Source: an uncultured Acidobacteriaceae bacterium
GTDB taxonomy: Bacteria > Acidobacteriota > Terriglobia > Terriglobales > Acidobacteriaceae
DNA: 64,000 bases
Direction of reading: 5' to 3'
NCBI GenBank assembly: GCA_963813905.1
Contig: CAWFAY010000014.1
Coordinates: 149,875-213,874 of the forward strand
Shown here: positions 1 to 11,886 of the stretch, piece after piece
Numbering within the stretch: the first letter of the stretch is position 1
Layout: each line of letters starts with the position of its first letter
Notes under the pieces: generated by a model
What the model was told of the DNA's origin: nothing
Databases searched by the model: none
What the model saw: only the letters and a program-made list of their open reading frames with translations
Program-made: the position numbers and the translations under genes

Positions 1-257
1 TTGCGACGATTCGCGTCCGGGCACAGCCATGTGGCGCCGGGAGTGCCCTGGCTGTACCTGTGGGGTTGAGTTGTCGCTGGCAATGAAGCACGCGATTTCG
101 AGCGCCTGGTTTGGGTTGAGCCGGTTGAAACCGAACCGCAAGGCGGGGAACGGTGAGCACTTGGCAAAGCTCGCGGGCGAGACTGACTCGCAAACTGCTG
201 TTCCAATTTCAGCGGGAAAAGTAAGTCAAAGTTTGCGTCTTTGCATTCATTAAGTGA

Positions 258-1484
<1,227 letters not shown>

Positions 1485-1618
1485 CTGCGACCTTATCGGC
1501 GGCCTGCTTCGCGAAAGCCGAGTTGTGATGGATCCGGTTTGGGTGGAGGCCCACGCATTTATGCGTGGGATAAAGTGTCGAACAAAGATTGCGGGCTTTA
1601 TTGATTCCTGCATAAATA

Positions 1619-2664
1619 ATGTCCTATACTGCTGGTATGCGTCCCAGTGGCAGTCCGCACGAACTGGAGCAGCGTCGTTACCGCGCGCTGGCTCTGCTGC
1701 AACAAGGACTCAGTCCGGTCGAAGTCGCGCAACGGGTTGGGGTTGATCGTCGCAGCGTTCGACGATGGAACTCGGCCGCACGCCACCAGGGCCGGCAAGC
1801 GCTGGCCGCTCAACCCGCTTGCGGACGGCCGCCGCGACTCAGTGCCGCCCAGCGGCAACGGCTGGAGAAGACCTTGCTCGGGGGCGCGGAAGCGGCGGGT
1901 TTCGCTACCCCGCTCTGGACCTGTCCCCGCGTGGCCAGCTGGATCGAACAGCGGTTTGGCATCCACTACCATCCCGATCATGTCTGCCGCCTGCTGCATG
2001 CCCTCGGTTTCACTCCTCAAAAACCTGTACGTCGGGCGGTGGAACGCGACCAGGAAGCGATTGGCCAATGGGTGAAGCAGCAATGGCCCGCCATAAAAAA
2101 AAAGCGTCGCGCTTGAAGGCCTGGCTGGTATTTCTGGACGAGAGCGGCTTTCTGATGGCCCCGCTGGTGCGGCGCAGTTGGGCTCCGGCGGGCCAGACCC
2201 CGGTGCTGTACCAGCGGGGCGCGCACCATCGCAAGGGGTCGGCGATTGCCGCCCTGTGCGTTTCGCCGGCGCGTGATGACGTACGTTTCTACTTTCGCCT
2301 CCATGCCAGCGATATCGCCGCCGCCCAAGTGATGGCCTTCCTCTCCGCCCTGGATGGCGAACTCGACGCCCCCTGGCTGATGCTGTGGGACCGGCTGAAC
2401 GCGCATCGCGCCCGCCGCACGCAAGACTTTCTTCTCGCCCGCGGCTGGCCGCAGCCCTGCTACTTCCCCGCCTACGCTCCGGAACTGAACCCGGTGGAGT
2501 ACGCCTGGAGCTGGCTGAAGAACAATCCCATGGCCAATCGGGCGCACCTCGAGCTGGATGCGCTGGCCGACGCCGCCCGTCAGTCGGCCCGCCGCCTGCA
2601 ACGCCAATCCTGGTTGTTGCGTTCCTTTATTCACCACAGCCCGCTTTTTTTGCGGCTCAAATAG
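1619..2664 (+). CDS. IS630-family transposase, two overlapping frames joined by a likely -1 frameshift (OrfA 1619-2116; DDE part continues in the -1 frame to 2664)
   Basis: The OrfA HTH region ends in ...QWPAIKKK. The -1 frame continues KKASRLKAWLVFLDESGF...LWDRLNAH...APELNPVEYAW (D, D, E catalytic residues). Confidence 0.85.
2095..2104 (+). promoter_or_regulatory. Candidate -1 ribosomal frameshift slippery run (A9 followed by G) inside the IS630 transposase
   Basis: aaaaaaaaag sits exactly where the HTH frame and the DDE frame overlap. Confidence 0.6.
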
Positions 2665-2816
2665 GACATTACTTATGCAGGAATCAATAGCCGTGGTTCT
2701 TGCACGCCGAGGCTAAAGCCATTTGCTATAGAACGGTGTTCACCGGGCTGAAGCCCGGTGCTTCCACCGGTCAAGATTACGGGCTGCCCAGTTGTCTCAT
2801 ACCGAATTCCGACCCA

Positions 2817-3977
2817 TTAATCCGCTGCTGTTCCCACCGGTACCAGCTCCCCGTTGCGAATGTAGTACTCGTGATTACGCCAGCTGATGGTGTTACGGGT
2901 GAAGCTCCGGAGCCAAATGCCGACGGCCAAAGCGTCCCAGAGCGGGATGAGCACGAAGTATCGCAGGTGAAAGCGCTGTTTCAGTCCCCAGCTCCCGATG
3001 AGCCATGTCATGGTCAGTCGCAACGTCAGATACGTTCCAAGGTAGATCAGACCAATGCTGCCGGAGCGCGATGCCAGCCATGCGATGAGGACCCATGGCA
3101 AGCCGAAGGTAAACACCAGTCCGATATGTCCCCAGGGGCGCATGTGCCGCATTACGACCATCCAGCGCAGCCGCTTCAGAACGAGGTCGCGCATCGAGTG
3201 GAAGTCGGCTACCGTATCGATCCAGTACCGCAGCAGCTTGACTTCGTAGCCCTGATCGGCGATCAGCCGTCCGACCAGCAGGTCGTCGCCAGGCCGATTC
3301 TCAATGGCTTCGAATCCACCGAAGCCCTCGATCCTGGCGCGCGTGGTGGCAATGGTTGGCCCCAGTGCGAACTTCACGCCATCCAGAAGCCACGCCACCA
3401 GAATGCCGGGGTAGAAGTCGGAGAGCATTCCCACCGACTGGAGACGTTGCACGGGCGAGGTTTCGTTGATTGCCACATAAAAGCATGTGGCTGCGCCGGT
3501 TCTGGGATTGGCGAGCGGAGCTACAACCTTCCGCAGGTACCCGGATTCGGCGCGCACATCGCTGTCATTGATCACCAGGGTGTCGTAGTTCGCCTCGCGC
3601 GTGAGGCGGGCCAGCTTCGCGACCTTGTCATTGGTTGCATCACGTCCGGAGCCGTAGAGCAGGCGAATTTGGCGCTCCGGAAAGTCCATGGCGAGTTTTT
3701 CGATGACCGGCACCACAGGGTCGGACGCATCGCCTACACAGAAGAGAATCTCGTATTCGGGATAGTCCTGACGGCAAAAGCTGGCGAAGTTTTCGTAGGC
3801 GTCGGGATCGAGGCCGCGAACCGGTTTGAGGATGCTCACAGGAGGCGTGTAATCGGAGCTGGCCGCCTCGTCATCGCCCGAGAAGAAGCGCCACGAACTG
3901 AACAAAGCGAGGGCGTAATAGACAAAAGGTGCGCCGGCGACAACCAGCAGCACATACTTCGTCAGGTGATAGCCCAT
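2817..3977 (-). CDS. Membrane glycosyltransferase, GT2/GT21-like (ceramide glucosyltransferase / HpnI-like)
   Basis: 386-aa ORF. N-terminal TM segment, VSILKPVRG...DYPEYEILFCV...INDSDV (DxD-like), and C-terminal TM segments with a RWMVVMR motif typical of this family. Confidence 0.7.
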   Translation of the reverse strand: MGYHLTKYVLLVVAGAPFVYYALALFSSWRFFSGDDEAASSDYTPPVSILKPVRGLDPDAYENFASFCRQDYPEYEILFCVGDASDPVVPVIEKLAMDFPERQIRLLYGSGRDATNDKVAKLARLTREANYDTLVINDSDVRAESGYLRKVVAPLANPRTGAATCFYVAINETSPVQRLQSVGMLSDFYPGILVAWLLDGVKFALGPTIATTRARIEGFGGFEAIENRPGDDLLVGRLIADQGYEVKLLRYWIDTVADFHSMRDLVLKRLRWMVVMRHMRPWGHIGLVFTFGLPWVLIAWLASRSGSIGLIYLGTYLTLRLTMTWLIGSWGLKQRFHLRYFVLIPLWDALAVGIWLRSFTRNTISWRNHEYYIRNGELVPVGTAAD

Positions 3978-4069
3978 CGCTCCTCGTACAGTGCTAAGTC
4001 TAAGGGACTATTCAGTGTAGACGATTGGAGATGATGTTGCAGGTGGAGGAAGCAGGTGGGCGGCGACTA

Positions 4070-5230
4070 CTACTTCCTGCCTGTCTTCTTGAGCAGCAGG
4101 CGTTCGTACATTGCGCCCGTGCGTGCGGCAGCGATTTCGATTGAGAGGTTTTCCCGCGCGTGCTTTGCCGCGGCTGCTCCCAGCCTACGACGCAGCGTGT
4201 CGTCGGAAATCAGTCTCTCTAATTGAGAGGCGAGGGCATCGGCATCGCCGCTGGGGAAGAGCAGGCCGCGCTCTTCGTTGCTGCCCGTCAACTCGGGCGT
4301 GCCACCGACGCGAGAACCAACCACCGCGCAGCCGCAGGCCATGGCTTCGAGTAGGGAATTGGAGAACGCTTCCGAATACGACGGCAGGACGAAGATGTCC
4401 ATCTTGCGCAGCCACTGGGGAACCGCGCGCGTTGCTGGAATGAAGTCAACGGCCTGGCTGATTCCCAATCGTGCGGCATTGTTCTGCAAGGCCGGAAGCT
4501 CCACGCCGCTGCCGACGATCACGAGCCTCAACTCCGGATGCGAAGCGTGCACCTTCGCGAATGCCTGCTGCAACAGCGGCAGGTTCTTCTCGGCACGCAG
4601 CGCACACACGATACCAATCGTGGATGCCTTCGCCGGGCGCGATTCCGGCGGAAAAAACTGTGTGGTATCGACGCCGTTGTAAATCAACTCGACACGGTTT
4701 TCACGCACGTGCTCCTGCTCGATCAGGTAGCGGCGCATGGCTTCGCAATTTGCCAGCATGGCATCGGGGACGCGGTTGCCCAACCGTAGCCACATCTGCG
4801 TGCGTTCATCAACAGTGTCGAGATAGCTTAGCTGGCTGCCGATCGTCACCGGCACGCCGGAGAGACGCGCGACGGTGCAGGCGAAGACGTAGCTGGCATC
4901 GTAGGAATGCAAGACCTGAAACCCGTGCTGCTTGATGTACCGGCGAAGTTTAGCGGCGAGTCGAAGAGTCTCGATCGACGTAAGCGAGCGCACCGGAATT
5001 TCAATCACCGGCACGCCTGCCGCTTGCAGTTCGTCAAAACGGAACCCATGCGCCCAGAAGGCCATCACGTGAGGATCGAAACGCTCGCGATCCAGGTGCG
5101 TGGCGATCTTGGCGACATCGCGCTCTATGCCGCCTTGGTCGAGCTCGCGCACTGTAATCAGGACGGGGATGCGAGGCTTCGCAGCGGATTGAGTCGCCGC
5201 CCCCGGGCCGCTGGTTGGGACGGGCATCAT
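4070..5230 (-). CDS. Glycosyltransferase family 4 (GT-B fold)
   Basis: 386 aa. C-terminal motif PSYSEAFSNSLLEAMACGCAVVGSRVGGTPEL is characteristic of GT4. Confidence 0.8.
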   Translation of the reverse strand: MMPVPTSGPGAATQSAAKPRIPVLITVRELDQGGIERDVAKIATHLDRERFDPHVMAFWAHGFRFDELQAAGVPVIEIPVRSLTSIETLRLAAKLRRYIKQHGFQVLHSYDASYVFACTVARLSGVPVTIGSQLSYLDTVDERTQMWLRLGNRVPDAMLANCEAMRRYLIEQEHVRENRVELIYNGVDTTQFFPPESRPAKASTIGIVCALRAEKNLPLLQQAFAKVHASHPELRLVIVGSGVELPALQNNAARLGISQAVDFIPATRAVPQWLRKMDIFVLPSYSEAFSNSLLEAMACGCAVVGSRVGGTPELTGSNEERGLLFPSGDADALASQLERLISDDTLRRRLGAAAAKHARENLSIEIAAARTGAMYERLLLKKTGRK

Positions 5231-5841
5231 GAGTGGCTAGGGGATATCGTCTCCAGGGCCGCGTCGTTAGGCGCGGGCGCCTTCTGGAGAGGCCTTGCCG
5301 GATTACCGGCTACGACGGATCGTGGCGGCACCGGCTTCGTCACCACCGACCCTGCTCCCACCGTAACGCTCTCTCCCAGGTCGGACATGACGATGGCGCC
5401 ATCGCCGATCCAGCAGTCTGCGCCGATGACGGTGCGATCGTTGACCGAGTCGCTCAAGCTGCCATCAGGATTGCGCATGTGCTGGCGACGGCCGCTAGGG
5501 ATGAGTACGTGGGACGCAATCTGGCTCCGTGCCCCGATCGAGGAACGCCCTATCACGCAATAGCTGCCGATCGAGACGAAGGGATCGACGGTGCTATCGG
5601 GCTGCACGAAGTAGGTTCCGAACGAGATCGTGATATCGAGTGAGCATTGGCGCAGAGTGAGCTTGTAGTAAGCGGCGCGCAGGTAGCTTCCGGGCAATCC
5701 TGGGGCCAGGGCGAACGACTGCGCAAACATCGTGTAGACGGGCCCAATCCGGCCGAACACGGTCAGGGCTGCGGCGGGAGAAGCAAGCACGAGTGCTATG
5801 GCCTGGAATAGCCGTTTCAAGCCTAGCCTGAGGAGTCTCAC
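5227..5841 (-). CDS. Hexapeptide-repeat (LbH) acyl/acetyltransferase
   Basis: 204 aa. C-terminal left-handed beta-helix repeats (IGADCWIGDGAIVMSDLGESVTVGAGSVV...GNPARP). 4-nt overlap with the downstream GT4 gene. Confidence 0.7.
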   Translation of the reverse strand: MRLLRLGLKRLFQAIALVLASPAAALTVFGRIGPVYTMFAQSFALAPGLPGSYLRAAYYKLTLRQCSLDITISFGTYFVQPDSTVDPFVSIGSYCVIGRSSIGARSQIASHVLIPSGRRQHMRNPDGSLSDSVNDRTVIGADCWIGDGAIVMSDLGESVTVGAGSVVTKPVPPRSVVAGNPARPLQKAPAPNDAALETISPSHS

Positions 5842-6202
5842 GAATAACCTCCTCGAAGAGCCGAGCGATTTTCCGAAGACCGCGAGGAAGGACCACGCTC
5901 TGCCACGACGCCTTTGCTGCGATTCGCGAGACGTTTGCCGACTCGTAGAGTGCGCAGCGGGCGCGCATCGGAAGCGGCAAGAGCATTCATCTCGCGCGTA
6001 TGCGTCCCGGGTACGTTGCCCACATCCCTATTGAACAACAATATCTTGAGCATTTGAGCGTAGCGCAAGCATAAACCGAATCGACTCTGGCTAGAAAGCC
6101 ATTTGGTGCCTACGTGCCAGTTCGATCCACCCGCGTGCGTATTCCAGGCTGCCGGCGCTGCCATTCGGGTAATAAGCCAGGTGCAGGCGATAAAATCATG
6201 CT

Positions 6203-6403
6203 ATGGCTAAGCTCACCTTGGTGTATGGCATGCGTCTGCTACCCGCAGAGGAAGTGGAAGAGGTCGGGGAGGGCGCCGTTAAGCTGAAGAACGGACGCGA
6301 GGCCCACGTTACCCTGCACATCCTCGAAGGCTCCAAAGAAGAAATCGAAAAGCAGTTACGTCAGAGCGTCGATGCCTTCTTCGATCTCTACCCGGAAATC
6401 TGA
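6203..6403 (+). CDS. Small hypothetical protein (66 aa)
   Basis: The ORF is the only evidence. The composition looks protein-like and acidic, and there is no clear SD. Confidence 0.3.
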   Translation: MAKLTLVYGMRLLPAEEVEEVGEGAVKLKNGREAHVTLHILEGSKEEIEKQLRQSVDAFFDLYPEI

Positions 6404-6480
6404 CAGGCCCCGACAAACGCACTCGCGGCGCTTCCGGCGGGTGCGACTCGATATAGGATAGCGAATGTACCGCCGCGCGC

Positions 6481-8691
6481 GTGCGCGTAGCGTTCGCTCA
6501 ATTCATGAAGTTGCCCGACGCAAATCAGATCAAAGCTCGTGTGCGGCTTATTCTGCGTCCGCAGACCAAGCTCGGTAAAACCACGCTCTGGTTTGGCGTG
6601 CTCGCCCTGGCGGCTGAGATTTTGCAGAGCATTACCCACCCCGCTCCCGGCACCATGCTCAGCGGCTGGGCGCAATTCCTGTCTTTCCTCTTTGTGGTCT
6701 TCCTTCTGCTGATGGGGTTCCGCTGGGTTCGGCGAAAGCTGATGTGGCGCCTGCGCAATCGCCTGATCGTCACCTATATTTTCATCGGCGTCATTCCGAT
6801 TCTGCTGCTGGTTTCGATGGCGCTGCTGGCCGGATACCTCTTCGCCGGGCAATTCGCAACCTACATTGCTCTTTCCGATCTGCAAACCGAGCTCGATCAC
6901 CTGGAATCCGCCAATAACGCTCTCACAGCGCAGTTCCGTTCGCTCTCTCGCAGCAATAGCCTGACACCTCAGCTCGCCGCCGAGATCGCCAGCGCCTCGG
7001 ATGAGAACTTTCATCAACGTTCGGTCACTGTTCTGGATGGTGACTCCGGTTATGTGATCAGCCCGGGTGGACGCATCGAGATTACTCAACCGAAGCTGCC
7101 AGAGGCCGTCAAGGGTGACTTCAGTAGCTTTACGATGGACCAGGGCCGCCTCAATCTGCGCGCGTGAAACACGCCGAGGTTGGCCCCAAACATCTGGTCG
7201 TCATCTCCAACTTGCCGGTGAGTTCTGGGCTGCTCCAGCGCGCGGCCGCGATGGTTGGTGCGATTTACCTGTACCCGCCGAAACCGGAGAACAGCGAGTC
7301 GAAGGCGGGCAAGCGGCCGGAGCCCAACAAGCGGGCGAAGGAAGACTCGACCGTCAACATCGACCTCGGCGGCTCGCACTCTACAGTTACGCTTTCCGGC
7401 CAGAACCAGACGGGCGTCTCGGACAACATCGAGGTCGGCAAGGTGCCGCCTGCGGCGAACAGCTTCGACCGCGAATTCAACTTCTGGACGCTGTTCAATG
7501 CGACCGACTGGCAAACCGGCTCACAGGAAACCGGCGCGCTGATGGTCAGCACCCGACCATCTCTCCTATACAACGTGCTCTTCGGCAGACTCGGGGAGAA
7601 GGCAGGTATTTTCGTTCAGGCCCTCGCCGCGATCGCAGTCTTCTTTGGCTGCATCGAGCTGATCGCGTTATTTATCGGTGCCCGTCTTACCCGTAGCATG
7701 ACCAAGTCAGTCGCCGAGCTCTACAAAGCCACCGAGAGCGTGAACCGCGGTGACCTCACACACCGCATCAAGGTCGAGTCTCGCGACCAGATGGCCTCGC
7801 TGGAGCAGTCGTTCAACTCCATGACCACTTCGCTCGCCAGGCTGATGGCCGAGCAGAAAGATAAGCAGCGGCTGGAGAATGAGCTGGCCATCGCGCATGA
7901 AGTACAGGAGCTGCTGTTTCCTCGCGAAGCCTGCGACTTGCCGACCTTGGAGGTCCATGGCGTTTGCCGCCCGGCGCGCACCGTCAGCGGAGACTACTAC
8001 GACTTCATTCGGCTGCCCGACGATCGCATGGTTCTCGCCGTGGGTGATATCAGTGGCAAGGGAATTTCTGCCGCCCTGCTGATGGCCACCGTGCATGCCT
8101 TCGTGCGTGCCTATTCGCTCGAGCCCGAGCTGGCGCTTGCCCCTTTGCTCATGGCCGGAGCCGGCCGCCCGCAAGCGGCGAGTGCCGAGCTTTATTATCG
8201 CGACGATGGAATTCAGGATGCAGACTTGGCGCCCGGCCGTTTGATGACAACCCTGAACTATCAGCTCTTCCGCGCGACGCCGCCGGAGAAGTACGCGACC
8301 ATGTTCCTGGGCTGCTACGACGCGGCCTCGCAATCACTGGTCTACTCCAACGCCGGACACCTCCCTCCGTATCTCGTTTCCCACGATCGCAGCGTGGTTC
8401 GGCTGGAGAGCTTCGGGAACTGTGGTGGGCCTGTTCGACGGCGTAGGCTACGGAGAGAGCCGTGTACCTATGCGTCCGGGCGACATCTTCGTCGCCTTTA
8501 GCGATGGCGTGACCGAGCCGGAGAACGAGTTCGGCGAGTTTGGCGAAGAGCGCCTGATTGAGTTGGTCCAGCTTCACCGCGATCAGCCGCTGGCGCGCAT
8601 CAGCGAAGTAGTAACGACCGCGGTCGCCGATTGGATTGGTGGCGCCGAACAGCCGGACGACGTGACCCTGGTACTCGCGCGCGCCCGGTAA
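6481..8691 (+). pseudogene. Membrane sensor HAMP-PP2C (SpoIIE-family) serine phosphatase, reading frame broken twice (near 7160-7167 and 8405-8425)
   Basis: Three consecutive ORFs in frames 1/3/1. They give N-terminal TM helices plus an extracytoplasmic region; its continuation with a TM helix, HAMP and the PP2C core (VSGDYYDF, VGDISGKG); and the PP2C C-terminus (GTVVGLFD...FSDGVTE...DDVTLVLA). The middle ORF has no N-terminal TM or signal, so it only makes topological sense fused to the first. Confidence 0.75.
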
Positions 8692-8694
8692 CGC

Positions 8695-9471
8695 TCACTT
8701 TTGGAGAATGGGCTGAGGATCCGGAAGAAAGCGGTATCCCACGCCTCGAACCGTCAGTAAGTGACAGGGCTTCGAGGGATCGGGTTCGATGTACTTGCGC
8801 AGACGCACGATGAAGTTGTCGATGGCGCGCGTGTCGGTGTCTTCGTGCAATCCCCAAACCTGCTCTAGAATCTGCTTGCGCGCAACATTCTTTCCCGCAT
8901 TGGCGATGAGGTAGCGAAGCAGCTCCGCTTCCATCAGGGTGAGGCGGAAGCTCTTGCCCTCACTGTGCAGCTCCAGCGTGCCGAAATCGACTTCCTTCCC
9001 GCTGAAGCGGTAGACATCAAACTCGCGGGGCTGATTGCGATTCCTGGCATCTGCGATTCGAGCTTCGGCCGGAGGGTCCGACAATAGAGCTCCCGCCCAC
9101 TCCCGCCGCCGCAGCAGACTGCGAATGCGCGCCAGTAATATCGCCAGGTCAAAGGGTTTCGGCAGGTAGTCGTCGGCGCCGGAGGCGAAACCCTTTAGCA
9201 CATCTGCGGGCTGGCCACGCGCTGTCAGCATCAGCAATGGGATATATTCATTCCCCTTGCGCAGCTCCGAGGCGACGGTGAATCCGTCCTTGCCGGGAAG
9301 CATGACGTCGAGCACAAGTAGATCGAAGTTCTCGCGCTTGCCCAGCAGCAGCTCCAGAGCAGTTTCACCGTCGCCTGCGACCTTGGTCTGATAACCCTCG
9401 GCCTCGAGGTTAAACTTCAACCCCGCGGCAAGATGCTCTTCGTCTTCGACCAGCAGGATGCGAACGCTCAT
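8695..9471 (-). CDS. OmpR-family response regulator (receiver plus winged-helix) with an unusually long linker
   Basis: 258 aa. Receiver motifs LLVEDE...DLLVLDVMLPGKDG...KPF. C-terminal LTLMEAELLRYL...VRGVGYRF. Confidence 0.9.
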   Translation of the reverse strand: MSVRILLVEDEEHLAAGLKFNLEAEGYQTKVAGDGETALELLLGKRENFDLLVLDVMLPGKDGFTVASELRKGNEYIPLLMLTARGQPADVLKGFASGADDYLPKPFDLAILLARIRSLLRRREWAGALLSDPPAEARIADARNRNQPREFDVYRFSGKEVDFGTLELHSEGKSFRLTLMEAELLRYLIANAGKNVARKQILEQVWGLHEDTDTRAIDNFIVRLRKYIEPDPSKPCHLLTVRGVGYRFLPDPQPILQK

Positions 9472-10376
9472 GCGATGTGCCTTGGAAGTTCGATGGTAAC
9501 AGTCGTGCCTTTGCCCGCACCTTCACTTTCCGCGTAAGCCCGTCCGCCGTGGCGGCGCGCAATGGCGCGCACGATGAACAGCCCCAGGCCGCTACCTTTT
9601 ACCTGTACCGCCGGAGAGGCGACGACGCGGTAGAAACGCTTAAAGATCTGCTTCAGTTCTCCGCGCGGGATACCCACGCCATTGTCCCTCACGCAGATGC
9701 GCACATGCTCCAGATCTGGAGTTACTACGTCCACCTGGATCTTTGGACCCGCAGGTGAATACTTGACGGCATTGTCCAGCACATTGGAAAGAGCGGTCGA
9801 CAGCTCTTCGCGGTCCCCAATGGTTAGCAGGCGCTCAGCTGGCCGGCCATCCAGCTCCCATACCAACGCCTGTGATGACAGGTGATGCCGCGCCCTCGCC
9901 AACTCGACGGCATCCTGCACCAGTGGCCCGATCTCGACTTCAGCGCGATTAAGCACCGCGTTCTTCTGCGTCACCCGCGCTGCCCGAAGCACCTGCTCGA
10001 CCGTTCCCATCAGCCGCTGGGTGTCGTCCACCATTATTTGGTAGAACTGCTGCCGCTGCTGCTCATCCACCGGCCGTCGTTGCAGAGTCTCGAGATAAAG
10101 CCGTATCGAGGTGATGGGAGTTTTCAACTCGTGGGTGATGGCGTTCAGAAAGCTGTCCTGTTGTTCGTTGCGCCGCACCTCACGCACCAGAAAAATCGTG
10201 TTGAGAATCACCCCCGCGATGATCACCGGAAAAAATACAACGCCCAGAAGCAGCGGCACAACCTCGCGCCAGTTGAGGATGACCCAGCCGATATTGAGTA
10301 CCGCCGCGACTCCGGCGATGAGAACACCCAGAGTGATGAAGAACGCGATGGTAGTTGTCCGGCTGGTGATCCGCAT
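9468..10376 (-). CDS. Sensor histidine kinase (2 TM, HisKA, HATPase_c)
   Basis: 302 aa. H-box ITHELKTPITSI, N-box LDNAVKYS, G-boxes DNGVGIP and GSGLGL. 4-nt overlap with the response regulator gene. Confidence 0.9.
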   Translation of the reverse strand: MRITSRTTTIAFFITLGVLIAGVAAVLNIGWVILNWREVVPLLLGVVFFPVIIAGVILNTIFLVREVRRNEQQDSFLNAITHELKTPITSIRLYLETLQRRPVDEQQRQQFYQIMVDDTQRLMGTVEQVLRAARVTQKNAVLNRAEVEIGPLVQDAVELARARHHLSSQALVWELDGRPAERLLTIGDREELSTALSNVLDNAVKYSPAGPKIQVDVVTPDLEHVRICVRDNGVGIPRGELKQIFKRFYRVVASPAVQVKGSGLGLFIVRAIARRHGGRAYAESEGAGKGTTVTIELPRHIA

Positions 10377-10653
10377 GAGCTTTCAGGAGGAGGATAGCAC
10401 CGACGATGGTGCAGGGGCCCAGACTGAGAGCTTAGAATCCCCTTTGCCGAAAGAGGCGCTGTTGCTCGCCAGCGAGGATTGGGAGCGGAGTCCGCCGCGC
10501 CGGCGGGATGCACGCGTCGTGGTTGAGAAAACTTTTACGCGCTCTTTATTCGCGCTTTAGGTGCTTTCGACTCAAATGTAGGGTGAAGTTCACGACCGCT
10601 AGGGTCTGGGGAAGATCCGAACTGCGCGAAGAACTTCCGGGAGAAACGTTATT

Positions 10654-11874
10654 GTGGCTAGTCTCGTAAGTCTGAACCGCATCAACACGCTCACCGTGGT
10701 TGCGGTTTGTTTTGCAATCGCGTGCTCTGCTTACGCGCAGGACACGCCCAACCCGCAGGGCCCCGAGCCGCAAACCGCAGCGCCATCTACGCCGTCCAAC
10801 CCGAGCACGCTTCCCGCTCCTGGCATGACAGGTCCCCTTCAGCTAAGTCCCTCGGTGTCGTTTGAAGCTGGCCCTTTGGGCAAGCTCAACCTGAATGGCA
10901 TTGCCAGTGCCACAGGGTTGTTTCAAAGCAATCCGGTTCCCGGCAACAACACGACGCAATGGTCGATCGCCAATGGAGAGCTGTTCCTGCAAAAGACCTC
11001 CGGCTGGTGGCAGTTCTACCTCCAGGCAGGCGCCTACAATCTGGTGTCTGTAGGAGCCCCCTACATCTCTACCCAAAGGGCAATTGATGGCCTGTACGGT
11101 CCGATACCAGTGGGCTACTTGAAGTTCACACCCACGAAGAGCTTGTCGATTCAGATCGGCCAACTGCCCACGCTGATGGGCGCGGAGTATACCTTCGACT
11201 TCCAAAACATGAACATCGAGCGCGGCCTGTTGTGGACGCAGGAGAACGCCATCACCCGCGGGATCCAGCTCAATCAGACGCTCGGCAAGTTCACCCTGTC
11301 GTTCAGCTGGAACGACGGCTACTATTCCAACCGCTACTCCTGGCTCAGCGGGGCGCTGGCCTACACCACGGGACCGCACACTCTGTCGTTTATCGGCATG
11401 GGAAACCTCAGTAAAACGGCCTATCAGACGTTGGCCACGCCGGTGCAAAACAACGGGTCCATGTACGCCTTCATCTACACCTACACCAAGGGGAGCTGGA
11501 CCGTGCAGCCTTACTTCCAGGTTGGAAACGTGCCCACCAACCCGGGAGTGGGGGTTGTTAACGGAGCCTCCACCTGGGGCGGAGCAGTGCTGGTCAACCA
11601 CAGCTTCAAGCATGGTTTCTCGTTGCCGTTCCGCTGGGAGTACCTGGGTACCACGGGCAGCGCTGTAAAGCAGTCGGTAAACCTTCTATATGGTCCGGGA
11701 AGCGCGGGCCTGTCGCTCACCGTGACCCCCACATATCAGTACAAGCACTTCTTTAGTCGCGGCGATGTCTCGTGGGTGCGGGCATTCGATTCCACGCCGG
11801 GAAATGCCTTTGGCCCGCAGGGTACCGAACAGAATCAGGTGCGCGGAGTGATTGAGGTTGGCTTCCTTTTTTGA
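10654..11874 (+). CDS. Putative outer-membrane beta-barrel porin
   Basis: 406 aa. Signal peptide ending AYAQD, alternating beta-strand pattern rich in G/Y/N/T, and C-terminal ...VGFLF (terminal Phe typical of OMPs). Confidence 0.6.
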   Translation: MASLVSLNRINTLTVVAVCFAIACSAYAQDTPNPQGPEPQTAAPSTPSNPSTLPAPGMTGPLQLSPSVSFEAGPLGKLNLNGIASATGLFQSNPVPGNNTTQWSIANGELFLQKTSGWWQFYLQAGAYNLVSVGAPYISTQRAIDGLYGPIPVGYLKFTPTKSLSIQIGQLPTLMGAEYTFDFQNMNIERGLLWTQENAITRGIQLNQTLGKFTLSFSWNDGYYSNRYSWLSGALAYTTGPHTLSFIGMGNLSKTAYQTLATPVQNNGSMYAFIYTYTKGSWTVQPYFQVGNVPTNPGVGVVNGASTWGGAVLVNHSFKHGFSLPFRWEYLGTTGSAVKQSVNLLYGPGSAGLSLTVTPTYQYKHFFSRGDVSWVRAFDSTPGNAFGPQGTEQNQVRGVIEVGFLF

Positions 11875-11886
11875 AGTACCGATTCG

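Larger units (their letters stand above)
1601..2687 (+). mobile_element. IS630-family insertion sequence, complete (1087 bp)
   Basis: 27-bp terminal inverted repeats: TTGATTCCTGCATAAATAATGTCCTAT at 1601-1627 and ATAGGACATTACTTATGCAGGAATCAA at 2661-2687 (26/27 complementary). Flanked by TA at 1599-1600 and 2688-2689, the classic IS630/Tc1 target duplication. Encodes an HTH plus DDE transposase. Confidence 0.9.

Noticed and set aside
29-253. A 74-aa ORF at the window start.
   Set aside because: It overlaps a REP-like repeat (gcgacgattcgcgtccgggcac, as at 27181) and the promoter region of the SqdB-like gene. It shows no coding signal.
2700-4034. A 444-aa plus-strand ORF overlapping the GT2/21-like gene. 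Similar large antisense ORFs occur at 13960-15225, 25766-27001, 39176-40387, 61901-62830, 22460-23350 and 31963-32940.
   Set aside because: Each lies opposite a gene with unmistakable family motifs, and the translations are low-complexity R/G/A/H-rich. These are typical high-GC antisense artefacts.
5838-6164. A 108-aa minus-strand ORF upstream of the acyltransferase, and the overlapping ORF 5594-5986.
   Set aside because: There is no SD, no recognisable motifs, and Arg/Ser/Ala-rich composition. The region is more likely the promoter region of the glycosyltransferase operon.
7164-7167. The GTGA overlap between ORFs 6481-7167 and 7164-8501, read as ordinary translational coupling of two separate genes.
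   Set aside because: The second ORF would begin with about 150 residues of extracytoplasmic-type sequence preceding a TM helix and HAMP, with no signal peptide or TM helix of its own. Topology only works if it is fused to the upstream TM-containing ORF. A second break in the same gene, at about 8415, shows the locus is frame-disrupted anyway.
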